The position numbers were made by a program, and so were the translations under genes. DNA of 64,000 nucleotides from an uncultured Chloroflexia bacterium (GTDB lineage Bacteria; Chloroflexota; Limnocylindria; Limnocylindrales; CSP1-4), in the NCBI GenBank assembly GCA_963752475.1, contig CAVVYR010000006.1, forward strand, positions 224,001 through 288,000, in the 5' to 3' direction. Positions 1-11,763 of this stretch are shown here, in pieces. The notes beneath the pieces are model-generated. The model did not search any database and was not told where the DNA came from. It saw only the letters and a list, made by a program, of their open reading frames with translations. Each line of letters begins with the position of its first letter. Positions within the stretch are counted from its first letter, which is position 1.

Positions 1-3216
<3,216 letters not shown>

Positions 3217-3261
3217 ACCCAGCCGTGCGCCAGGAGCTGATCGGCTTGGGCAAGCGGCTCG

Positions 3262-4167
3262 TCAGTGACGAGCGACCTGCCCGACAGCGGTCAGGAACCG
3301 GCGGTAGCTGCCGATGGTTGGGTTGTTGGGCGTCAGGATCCAGCTGAGATCTCCGGCGCCCGTGCTGATGATGAGGTGGACCGGCGATGACTCGGCTTCG
3401 TCGGGACCCCAGTCCCAGTCCACCTCGGTGATGTTGCCCAGCGGGAGCCAGGTCTCCGAGCGGCCGTAGACCGACTGCCAGCGATAGGCATAGGGCTGGC
3501 CGCGGTCGATGACCCGCAGCTCACGTCCATCCGAGAGGTGGAGGGACTCCAGCAGCCGCTTGGCCACGAGGCCGAAGAGGAGGCGACGCAAGGGACTCTC
3601 CTCGAGGGCGCCCATGGCTGTGTCCGCCTGCGCAGCCACCGGCTGCATGCCCGAGCCGGCCGCCAGCTCGTCGCGTAGCAGCCGCTCGAAGTAGAAGCTC
3701 AGCTCCGTGGCTGAGACCGGCTCCAGCTCCACAGGTAGCGGATCGGCGCTGGGCAGATAGCGCTCGCGGATGATGTCCACGAGACGCCGCATGATGTCGC
3801 CGGACACGGTGTTGAAGGGCAGGTCGTAGTTCTCCGCCGCGACGCCCAGGTGGACGGTGCCGCGCAGCAGCTCCTCACGCATGGACAGGTGCCGCACGTC
3901 GCGGTAGCGGATCGTGCGCACCCGGACCTCGTGCTCGATCCGCTCGAGTACGACCATGTCCTCCTCGTAGAGGCTGACCATGTAGTCGTACAGGTCCATG
4001 CCCGGGTGCGCTTCACGGCGCGAGATCTTGCGCGGGATCTTGACCGCGAGCAAGGGTGCCTCGCTTCGGTCCAGGTGCGGCACGAAGAGTGGCGGGGGTG
4101 GGTCCTCGTCGCTGATCTCGACGACCCACGGTCCGAAACGATCGTACTCGGGATCACGCTTGTTCAT
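3262..4167 (-). CDS. Hypothetical protein (~301 aa), possibly two PH-like beta domains
   Basis: ATG 4167 overlaps metC stop (ATGA) with GGAGGG SD; GC-typical codon use; family not recognised. Confidence 0.75.
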   Translation of the reverse strand: MNKRDPEYDRFGPWVVEISDEDPPPPLFVPHLDRSEAPLLAVKIPRKISRREAHPGMDLYDYMVSLYEEDMVVLERIEHEVRVRTIRYRDVRHLSMREELLRGTVHLGVAAENYDLPFNTVSGDIMRRLVDIIRERYLPSADPLPVELEPVSATELSFYFERLLRDELAAGSGMQPVAAQADTAMGALEESPLRRLLFGLVAKRLLESLHLSDGRELRVIDRGQPYAYRWQSVYGRSETWLPLGNITEVDWDWGPDEAESSPVHLIISTGAGDLSWILTPNNPTIGSYRRFLTAVGQVARH

Positions 4168-5315
4168 AGTCCCTCCAAGGCGCTGGCCAAGTCGCCGATG
4201 AGGTCTTCCGGATCCTCCAAGCCTATGTGGAATCGTACCAGCCGCCCCTCGTCCGGCTGGTGGTGGAGCCCGCGACGAGCCTGGGGCACGGCCGGCAGGA
4301 CGAGGCTCTCGAAGCCGCCCCAGCTGGCGCCCAGGCCGAAGAGCTCGAGTGACTCGATGAACCTCGCGTAGGCCGTTTCGTCGCAGGCGCGCAGCTCGAT
4401 GGAGAAGAGACCCGGAGCACCGCTGAACTGCGCTCGCCACAAGCCGTGGTCGGGGTCCGAGGGGAGGGCCGGGTAGAGCACGCGCACGACCTCTGGCCGC
4501 GACTCGAGCCAACCGGCGACCTCGAGCGCATTGGACTGGTGGCGGTCGAGGCGCACGCTCAGGGTGCGCAGCCCGCGCAGGCCGAGCCAGCAGACATCAG
4601 GGGCCGCAGTCGAGCCGAAGTGCACGCACCACTCGCGTGTGGGCGCAAGGGCGTCATAGGTGCCGGTGGTGAGGCCCAGCATCACGTCGCTGTGGCCGCC
4701 GATGTACTTGGTTCCAGCGTGGATCGAGATGTCGATGCCGAGCGCGTGGGCGTCGAAGAAGCGGGGTGTGCCCCAAGTCGAGTCGCAGGCGAGGGGAGCG
4801 CCGACCCGGTGGGCGATCCGAGCCGCTCGTCCGACGTCGATCATGCGCATCGTGCCGGAGGTCGGGACCTCGATGAAGACGAGGCCCGTGTCGTCGGCGG
4901 CGAGGGCGTCGAGCTCCTCGATCGTCTCGAAGAACCGGAGGTCGACGCGGTCGGCCAGCTCCTGCTCGGCGAAGACCCGAGCGGGCTCGTAGACATCGCC
5001 CTGGATGAGCATGCGGCTGCCGGGCCTGGCATGGGCCGAGAGCGTGGCCGCGATGGCCGAGAGGCCCGAGGCGGTGGCGATGCACGACTCGGTGTTGCAC
5101 AGCTCGGCCATGGCCGTCTGCAGCTCGAACTGCGTGCTGGTGCCGTAGATACCGTAGCGCGGCGTCTCGAAGGGTACGTCGCCCCGGGCCTCGCGCAGCT
5201 GATCGAGCGAGTCGAAGAGGATGGTGCTGGCACGGGCCACGGGCGGGTTCACGGTGCGGTGTCCCTGTGCCGATTCGCGCCCGAGATGGGCGAGCTTGGT
5301 GTCGAACCGGGTCAT
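4164..5315 (-). CDS. metC: Cystathionine beta-lyase family PLP enzyme
   Basis: VNPPVARAST, SIHAGTKYIGGHSD (PLP Lys), GASWGGFESL; start overlaps ribokinase stop. Confidence 0.85.
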   Translation of the reverse strand: MTRFDTKLAHLGRESAQGHRTVNPPVARASTILFDSLDQLREARGDVPFETPRYGIYGTSTQFELQTAMAELCNTESCIATASGLSAIAATLSAHARPGSRMLIQGDVYEPARVFAEQELADRVDLRFFETIEELDALAADDTGLVFIEVPTSGTMRMIDVGRAARIAHRVGAPLACDSTWGTPRFFDAHALGIDISIHAGTKYIGGHSDVMLGLTTGTYDALAPTREWCVHFGSTAAPDVCWLGLRGLRTLSVRLDRHQSNALEVAGWLESRPEVVRVLYPALPSDPDHGLWRAQFSGAPGLFSIELRACDETAYARFIESLELFGLGASWGGFESLVLPAVPQARRGLHHQPDEGRLVRFHIGLEDPEDLIGDLASALEGL

Positions 5316-6274
5316 GTGCCCATCCTGACGGGCACCTCGAATCCATGCCATTCGTCGAGCGCTTCCACGAAGCCTCGCCCGCGGCAGATCCGCGACCCCG
5401 CCTCGCACGCCATGGCGGCCGCCTCGCGCGGCTCCCAGCCACGAGCCAGGGCGACGGCGAAGGCGGCATCGAAGGCGTCGCCGGCACCGACGGTGTCGAC
5501 CAGCTCGTCGACCGGAACGGTCGGCGCCGGGACCCATGCGGAAGGCTGGCCGGGACGTGCCAGCAGCACACCGGCTGGGCCGGCGGTGAGCGCGACGGCA
5601 TGTGCGCCTCGTCTCACGATCTCCTCGGCTAGTGCCTCCAAGTCGTCCGCGTCGGCACCGCCGCCGCCGGCCTTGGGATCGAAGCCCAGGCCCGCGAGGC
5701 CCGCGGCCTCCGACTCGTTGGGCGTGACCCAGTCGGCCAGGGGCAGGACCTGGGCACTCACCGACTGGGGCGGAGCCGGCGCTGGGTCGAGGATGGTGGT
5801 GATACCCGCTGCGCGAGCCAGCCGCAACGCTTCGAGGGCTGCTCCGTGGTCGATCTCGAGGCTGATGATGCAGACGTCGGCGGCAGCGATGAGGGGCGCG
5901 TGTGTGCGGACCTGCTCGGGCGTGAGGCGGGCGAGTGCGCCGGGCGCGATGGTGATGCGGTTCTCGCCGGCACGGTCGACCATGACCGCGCCGACCATGG
6001 TGGCCGCGTCAGGCTGGACGATGACCGCGCGGGTGTCGACGCCGTGGACTCGCAGTGGCCCGGTCACCAGCGGCTCGAAGACGTCCGTGCCGACGGCCGT
6101 GATGATGGCCGCCTCCGCCCCGAGTGCGACCGCGCCGATGGCCTGGTTGGAGGCCTTGCCGCCGTTGATGGTGCTGACATCGTCGGCGAAGGCGGTCTCG
6201 CCGGGACCGGCCGGGCGTTCCACATCGAAGACGATGCCGAGGCCGGCTCCACCGATGGTGACGATGAGGGTCAT
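5312..6274 (-). CDS. PfkB/ribokinase-family sugar kinase
   Basis: GGKASNQA, PNESEA, DTVGAGDAF motifs. Confidence 0.9.
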   Translation of the reverse strand: MTLIVTIGGAGLGIVFDVERPAGPGETAFADDVSTINGGKASNQAIGAVALGAEAAIITAVGTDVFEPLVTGPLRVHGVDTRAVIVQPDAATMVGAVMVDRAGENRITIAPGALARLTPEQVRTHAPLIAAADVCIISLEIDHGAALEALRLARAAGITTILDPAPAPPQSVSAQVLPLADWVTPNESEAAGLAGLGFDPKAGGGGADADDLEALAEEIVRRGAHAVALTAGPAGVLLARPGQPSAWVPAPTVPVDELVDTVGAGDAFDAAFAVALARGWEPREAAAMACEAGSRICRGRGFVEALDEWHGFEVPVRMGT

Positions 6275-6343
6275 GGATCCATCATCGAAGAAGTGAAGCC
6301 ACGACGAAGCGGCCGATAAGCGGTCATCGGCAGGCTCTTCGGC

Positions 6344-7078
6344 ATGGATGACCTGCGTGTCGGCGCCGCCTTTCGTGCCGTTCGTATCCGTCGGCGCTGG
6401 CGCCAGTCCGACGTTGCCGCCCGTGCCGGCCTCTCACAGTCCCTCGTGTCTCTCGTGGAACGCGGCCACCTCGATCGCGTCTCACTGAGTGTGCTCCGCA
6501 GGCTCGGCAGCGTCCTGGACATCCGGATCGACATCCTGCCTCGCTGGCGGGGTGGGGCCCTGGACCGCATGCTGGCGGCGGGACACTCACTGCTGGCAGA
6601 GGATGTGGCGGCCAGCTTCGCCCGCTATGGCGGATGGCTGCTTGCTCCCGAGGTCTCGTTCTCGATCTACGGCGAGCGTGGGGTCATCGACTTGCTGGCC
6701 TTCCATCCTGCGAGCGGTGCCCTGCTCGTGATCGAGCTCAAGACCACCATCGTCGATGTGAACGAGCTGGTCGGCACGATCGACCGCAAGACCAGGCTGG
6801 CCGCCCGCATCGCCGCCGATCGGGGATGGCAGGCACGCTCAGTGAGCCGGTGGGTCATCGTCTCCCGCGGTTCCACGAACAGCCGACGCATCGCGGCTCA
6901 CCGAGCGGTGCTCGGCGCCGCGTTCCCGGACGACGGTCGAGTGGTACGGAGTTGGCTCGGGTCACCGGGCCGCGCGCTCAGCGCCTTGTCTACCTGGTCA
7001 GTCACCACTGCGAGTGGTCGTAGGCGCACGTCGGGCGAGCGCGTACGGCTGGATCGGCGTGGTTCCGCGACTGGTTGA
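6344..7078 (+). CDS. XRE HTH protein with C-terminal PD-(D/E)xK-like domain
   Basis: N-terminal QSDVAARAGLSQSLVSLVERG HTH; C-terminal ID...VIELKT pattern. Confidence 0.75.
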   Translation: MDDLRVGAAFRAVRIRRRWRQSDVAARAGLSQSLVSLVERGHLDRVSLSVLRRLGSVLDIRIDILPRWRGGALDRMLAAGHSLLAEDVAASFARYGGWLLAPEVSFSIYGERGVIDLLAFHPASGALLVIELKTTIVDVNELVGTIDRKTRLAARIAADRGWQARSVSRWVIVSRGSTNSRRIAAHRAVLGAAFPDDGRVVRSWLGSPGRALSALSTWSVTTASGRRRTSGERVRLDRRGSATG

Positions 7079-7243
7079 GCGTGAGACCAGGCGCGACCCG
7101 GACCAACGGAGGCACTCGGAGGTCTTCCGGGTAGCGTCCGAGCGCCTACGACCACCCGGAGTCGTGGTTGAGATAGAAGCGGGGCGCAACGACGATCACG
7201 GGGTGTCGCAGCCCGGAGCACGTGCGTTCCGTACCATCTGGGC

Positions 7244-8482
7244 ATGAACGGGACGCCCACTGACGATCTTGCTCCGCGCCGGGACGAGATCGGCTTCCTT
7301 GCCGACGTCGCTCACCTGGTCGCATCTGCACGCACGTGGGAGGACCTCATGGGCACCGTCATCGACCGTGCCCGCGCCGCCGCCCGTGCGGATGTCTGCT
7401 CGCTCTATCTCACCGATCGCGACGGCAGTGGCCTGACGCTCGCGGCCACCAACGGGCTCGATCAGCACGCGGTTGGCGTGGCCCGCCTTGGGATGGGGCA
7501 GGGCATCACCGGCTTGGCGGCCCAGGCCCAGATCACCATCGTCAGCCCGGACGTCCATGATGACGAACGCTTCGCCTGGATCCGCGGCCTCGACGAGGAG
7601 CGCCTGACCTCGTTCTGCTCGGTGCCGCTGGTGTGGGAGGAGCAGGTGGTCGGGGTGCTCAACGTCCAGACCGCCGAGCATCGCGACTTCCGACCATCCG
7701 ACATCGGGTTCCTCGAGGCGCTCGCGGGTCTGCTCGCCGGCCTCGTCGAGAAGAGCCGGCTCCATGCCGAGGCCGAAGCCCAGCTCGAACAGCTCCGCGC
7801 CATCGACGAAGCGAGAGCCAACCTCGTGGCCGTCGTGACCCACGCGCTGCGGACACCGCTGGCCGTCGTGCGCGCCTACGTGGAGTTGCTCGGCGGCGCC
7901 GCCGCGGGCACCGGCGACGAGCAGGTCGTGAGCTGGGAGAGAGAGGCGCTGACACAGGTCGATCGTCTCGATGAGACCGTCGACAGCATCCTCGACAGCC
8001 TCCGTGTCATGCCCGATGCGCCGACCGAGCTGGTGCCCATCGACCTCGCAGCCGAGGTCAGCGCCGTCGTGAATGAACTGAAGCCGATGCTGCGAGGTCG
8101 CGAACTTCGCGTCTCCGTCCGTGACGAGCCGCTCGTGGCCCTGGCTTCGCCCGAGGAGCTCCACCGGCTCCTGGGCTACCTGCTCGAGAACGCTTCGAAG
8201 TACGCACCCGTTGGTGGTGCCATCGATATCTACGGCTGGCGCGACGGCGATGGTGCGTACGTCGCTGTCACCGACGACGGCCCGGGCATCCCCAAAGAGT
8301 GGCGCGAACGCATCTTCGAACCCTTCGTGCGCCTCGACGACTCTCCCCGCGGCTCCGGCATCGGCCTCTTCGCGGCACGCCGTCTGGGTCGGGCCATGGA
8401 AGGGGAGCTGACCGTCGAGCCGCGGAAGCCGTTCGGCTCGCAGTTCGTGCTGCGCCTCAAGTTCGTCGGTTCCGCCCGCTAG
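7244..8482 (+). CDS. Cytoplasmic GAF sensor histidine kinase
   Basis: GAF domain, H-box THALRTPL, N-box LENASKY, DDGPGIP, IFEPF, GSGIGL; no TM segment. Confidence 0.92.
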   Translation: MNGTPTDDLAPRRDEIGFLADVAHLVASARTWEDLMGTVIDRARAAARADVCSLYLTDRDGSGLTLAATNGLDQHAVGVARLGMGQGITGLAAQAQITIVSPDVHDDERFAWIRGLDEERLTSFCSVPLVWEEQVVGVLNVQTAEHRDFRPSDIGFLEALAGLLAGLVEKSRLHAEAEAQLEQLRAIDEARANLVAVVTHALRTPLAVVRAYVELLGGAAAGTGDEQVVSWEREALTQVDRLDETVDSILDSLRVMPDAPTELVPIDLAAEVSAVVNELKPMLRGRELRVSVRDEPLVALASPEELHRLLGYLLENASKYAPVGGAIDIYGWRDGDGAYVAVTDDGPGIPKEWRERIFEPFVRLDDSPRGSGIGLFAARRLGRAMEGELTVEPRKPFGSQFVLRLKFVGSAR

Positions 8483-8557
8483 GCGAGCAACGGCGGCCGG
8501 CGGCACTCGCCGCCCGGGTCGCCCGCGACCGGCAACGCTCGGCCACCCGAGCACAGC

Positions 8558-8593
8558 CGACGGCCCGCGAGTTGGGAGCCTCGCGGGCCGTCG
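8558..8593. terminator. 14-bp hairpin between convergent kinase and amt genes
   Basis: CGACGGCCCGCGAG-8 nt-CTCGCGGGCCGTCG perfect inverted repeat; no U-tract. Confidence 0.6.
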
Positions 8594-8685
8594 TACCGGA
8601 TCCGTGTCGGTCCACCGAGGCGGACTCGACGCGTGTGGTCTCGAGAGGAGCGGTCTCGATCCGACCGACACTCCCTGGTGTCGAT

Positions 8686-9978
8686 CTAGGCGGGCTCTGC
8701 CTCCGCCGCGGCGGCTGGAGCCTGTGGGGCGGCGGTCGCGGCGCTGGTGCCGTCGGCGGTGCCGGCCCACGGGACGTAGGCGGTCTCGCCGTGGACGGCC
8801 ACGTCCAGACCAGCTTCCTCTTCTGCCTGTGGAACGCGCAGGCCGATCACGATATCGATGACCTTGATGATGATGAAGGTCCCGATGGCCGCAAAGGCGA
8901 TGGTGAAGACGGTGGCCACGACCTGGATCACCAGCTGCTCGGCGTTGCCGTCGATCAGGCCGGAGACGCCACCGATGGCGGCGACGGCGAAGATGCCCGT
9001 GCCGACCGCGCCCCACATGCCGCCGACGCCGTGGACGGCGAAGACGTCGAGGGAGTCGTCGATCGAGAGGCGCTCGCGGAGGAGCGTGACGCCGAAGCAG
9101 GCCGCACCGGCGACGAGACCGAGGACCAGCGCCCCGCCGACCTCGACGAAGCCGGCCGCCGGAGTGATGGCGACCAGGCCGGCCACGGCACCAGCGGCCG
9201 CGCCCACGACGCTGACCTTGCGGTTGGCCAGATACGAGGCGCCGACCCAGGTCAGGGTTCCGGCAGCAGCGGAGACGGTGGTGACCATGAGGGCCTGAGC
9301 AGCCAGGCCGTTGGCGCCGAGGGCGGAGCCGGCGTTGAAGCCGAACCAGCCGAACCAGAGCAGGCCGGCGCCGAGGACGGTCATGGGCACGTCGTGCGGT
9401 TCGACATGGTGGCCGCGCATACGGCGACCCATGACCAGCGCGACGACGAGAGCGGAGACGCCGGAGGCGATATGGACGACGGTGCCGCCGGCGAAGTCAA
9501 GGGCACCGAGCTCGGCCAGGATGCCGCCACCCCAGACCATGTGGGCCAGCGGGGAGTAGATGAGCAGCGACCAGGCGATGGTGAAGACGACGAAGGCCGC
9601 GAAGCGCTTGCGCTCGGCGAAGGCGCCGCTGATGAGTGCCGGCGTGATGGCCGCGAACATCATCTGGAACGTGGCGAAGAGGACGAATGGGATGGTGCTG
9701 CCCTCGGCGGGCTCCATGCCCACGCCGCTGAAGAAGATGTACTGCAGCGGATCGCCGACGATGCCGGCTCCACCCAGCGAATCACCGAAGGCGAGGCTGA
9801 AGCCGACGACGACCCAGACCACCGTCACGATGGCGAGGCCGAAGAAGCTGTGCATGATGGTCGAAAGGACGTTGTTGGCGCGCACGAGTCCGCCGTAGAA
9901 CAACGCCAGGCCGGGCAGCATCAGCATCACCAATGCTGTCGACATCAGGATCCAAGCGGTATCGCCAGTGTCGATCAT
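8686..9978 (-). CDS. amtB: Ammonium transporter
   Basis: GLALFYGG, FQMMFA, DFAGGTVVH, WFGWFGFNAGS, DDSLDVFAVHG; SD AGGAGG before ATG 9978. Confidence 0.96.
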   Translation of the reverse strand: MIDTGDTAWILMSTALVMLMLPGLALFYGGLVRANNVLSTIMHSFFGLAIVTVVWVVVGFSLAFGDSLGGAGIVGDPLQYIFFSGVGMEPAEGSTIPFVLFATFQMMFAAITPALISGAFAERKRFAAFVVFTIAWSLLIYSPLAHMVWGGGILAELGALDFAGGTVVHIASGVSALVVALVMGRRMRGHHVEPHDVPMTVLGAGLLWFGWFGFNAGSALGANGLAAQALMVTTVSAAAGTLTWVGASYLANRKVSVVGAAAGAVAGLVAITPAAGFVEVGGALVLGLVAGAACFGVTLLRERLSIDDSLDVFAVHGVGGMWGAVGTGIFAVAAIGGVSGLIDGNAEQLVIQVVATVFTIAFAAIGTFIIIKVIDIVIGLRVPQAEEEAGLDVAVHGETAYVPWAGTADGTSAATAAPQAPAAAAEAEPA

Positions 9979-10043
9979 GAGTTCCCTCCTGCGATGGGTT
10001 TGCCCCTCTCTCCGCAGCGGACATCCGGGGTCCACCGCTCCAT
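9975..10043 (-). other. Candidate leaderless 22-aa uORF overlapping the amt start
   Basis: TACGGT -10 hexamer 7 nt before ATG; MERWTPDVRCGERGKPIAGGNS; its TGA overlaps amt ATG. Confidence 0.35.
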
Positions 10044-10181
10044 GTCGAGAACCGTAGGAAGGCTGGGCAGCGAAGTCAGCGACAGCGAGGTCGGGATGTA
10101 GTGGCTCGGGGGTGCATGTTCGGTTGCGGCCCGGTGTCAGCCACGCCGACCTGCGCGGCCCAAGGTTGCGGCCGAGGACGC

Positions 10182-10907
10182 TTAGGCGTCGAGGCGGTAA
10201 CCCACGCCTCGGACGGCCACGGGCACCGGTGCGCCGGCGTTGACCAGCTTCTCGCGCAGTCGGGCGAGGTGTGGCTTGAGCCAGAGCGGATCGGGGTCGG
10301 GCACGTCCGGCCAGCCCGCGGCCAGCAGTTCCTCGTGCGGCACGACCTCACCCAGTCGCTCGACCATCGCTTGCAGCAAGCGGAACTCGGTCACCGTGGT
10401 GGGCAGGGGCGTGCCCTGCCAGCGGATCTCGTGGCGGCGTCGATCGAGCTCATAGCCCGACGGGTCACCCTTGCCGCGGTCGCCGCGGTTGCCGGCCGCC
10501 CGGCGCGAGACGGCCCGGACGCGTGCCAGGAGCTCGTCGGCACGGAAGGGCTTGCGCACGTAGTCGTCGGCGCCAAGGTCGAGCAGCTCCACCGTGGCGC
10601 CCTGATCACGCTCTCCCGAGACCACGATGATGGGCGTGTCGCTCACGTCACGGATGCGGCGGCAGACGCTTGCACCGTCCATGCCCGGCATGGCCAGGTC
10701 GAGCAACACGAGGTCGGGCTCGTCGTCGCCGAAGCGGCGCAGCGCCTCCTCGCCGTCGTAGGCCGCGATGATCCGGTGACCGGCCTGACCCAGCAGCGCG
10801 CCGAGCGCACCGACCATGGCCGGCTCGTCATCGACCACGAGGATCTTGAGCGGCTCCGCCGCCGGTGTCTCGTGTGCGTTCCCCGGCTCGTCTCCGAGCG
10901 TCGTCAT
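10182..10907 (-). CDS. OmpR-family response regulator
   Basis: VVDDE, LLDLAMPG, YVRKPF receiver plus winged helix ending VRGVGYRL; ATG overlaps argR stop. Confidence 0.93.
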   Translation of the reverse strand: MTTLGDEPGNAHETPAAEPLKILVVDDEPAMVGALGALLGQAGHRIIAAYDGEEALRRFGDDEPDLVLLDLAMPGMDGASVCRRIRDVSDTPIIVVSGERDQGATVELLDLGADDYVRKPFRADELLARVRAVSRRAAGNRGDRGKGDPSGYELDRRRHEIRWQGTPLPTTVTEFRLLQAMVERLGEVVPHEELLAAGWPDVPDPDPLWLKPHLARLREKLVNAGAPVPVAVRGVGYRLDA

Positions 10908-11425
10908 CGTGTGGATCCCTTCATGTGCACGGCCGAGCGCAAGGCCTCGAACCGCTCGAGCCACGCCTCCAGTCGCTCCTCGTCCGCGAAGAGGACGAGG
11001 ATGGTGTTGTCGCCTGCGAGCGTGCCTTCCTGTTCGTCGAAGCTCGATTCGTCGATGGCCTGACCGATGGCGTTGGCTACCCCCGCCTCGGTCCCGAGCA
11101 GGAGCGTGAGCCCGGAACGGCCGATGTGGATCGGATAGTCCGCGAGCACGCGGCGCAGCCGCTCGTCGCTATCAGCCGACGGGATGGACGCCAGATCGGC
11201 GGGCCAAGCGTAGATGTGCTGCCCATCGTAAGCCACCTTCACGAGGCCCAGCTCCGTGATGTCCCGGCTCACGGTCGCCTGGGTCACATCGAACCCTCGG
11301 TCAGCGAGCAGGTCGACCAGCTGGTGTTGGCTGGAGACGGACTGCGCGGAGACGATCTCGCGCACGGTGTGCTGGCGCTCGCGCTTGAGGGCACGCGAAG
11401 ACATCGGTCGGGTGGTGGAGTCCAT
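10904..11425 (-). CDS. argR: Arginine repressor
   Basis: VTQATVSRDITELGLVKV and GTLAGDNTILV motifs. Confidence 0.95.
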   Translation of the reverse strand: MDSTTRPMSSRALKRERQHTVREIVSAQSVSSQHQLVDLLADRGFDVTQATVSRDITELGLVKVAYDGQHIYAWPADLASIPSADSDERLRRVLADYPIHIGRSGLTLLLGTEAGVANAIGQAIDESSFDEQEGTLAGDNTILVLFADEERLEAWLERFEALRSAVHMKGSTR

Positions 11426-11433
11426 CGCTGGTC

Positions 11434-11462
11434 AGTATACAGCTGCACCGTATCCATATGCA
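11434..11462. promoter_or_regulatory. ARG-box-like sites overlapping argR promoter
   Basis: AGTAT-ACAG-CTGCA and CGTAT-CCAT-ATGCA resemble TGCAT-N4-ATGCA; minus-strand TATACT -10 lies 8 nt before argR ATG. Confidence 0.6.
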
Positions 11463-11520
11463 GTCCTGAGCGTGCGTCGCATGAGTATCGCCGAGCAACA
11501 TGCATATATGAGTGCAGGGA

Positions 11521-11550
11521 TTGTACTTTCGACTCGGAGCCTGCTACAGT
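11521..11550 (+). promoter_or_regulatory. Sigma70-type promoter for the leader and thrC-like gene
   Basis: TTGTAC-18 nt-TACAGT with TGn extension, 8 nt before leader ATG. Confidence 0.65.
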
Positions 11551-11558
11551 CCGCCGCG

Positions 11559-11621
11559 ATGAAGCCTCACGGTACTCGCATGGCGATGCCCAAGGCCCCG
11601 CCGGGATGGGCGAGGGCCTGA
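11559..11621 (+). CDS. Candidate 20-aa attenuator leader peptide MKPHGTRMAMPKAPPGWARA (Met8, Met10)
   Basis: Directly after promoter; codons 12-17 complementary to terminator 5' arm; same layout as the dap leader. Confidence 0.7.
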   Translation: MKPHGTRMAMPKAPPGWARA

Positions 11622-11665
11622 GGGAGCGCGCCCGAAACCAGCGCTCACCATCAGGACGGATCCCC

Positions 11666-11710
11666 GGGGCCGCGACCAACGAAGCGAAGGTCGCGGCCTT
11701 CGTGATTCCT
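11666..11710 (+). terminator. Attenuator terminator before thrC-like gene
   Basis: GGCCGCGACC-11 nt-GGTCGCGGCC followed by TTCGTGATT (weak U-tract). Confidence 0.6.
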
Positions 11711-11763
11711 GAGCACGCCCCGGCTCCGGTGAGAGCCGGTCATGATCGAGAGGATCCATCCCC

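Noticed and set aside
9985-10015. c-di-GMP-I riboswitch (GGCAAACC) before amt
   Set aside because: The rest of the motif (GAAA loop, GACGCAAAG) is absent.
11550-11763. SAM riboswitch or T-box before thrC
   Set aside because: No SAM-I core or T-box GGTGG.ACC motif seen; the leader-peptide model explains the pairings. An Rfam scan is still advisable.
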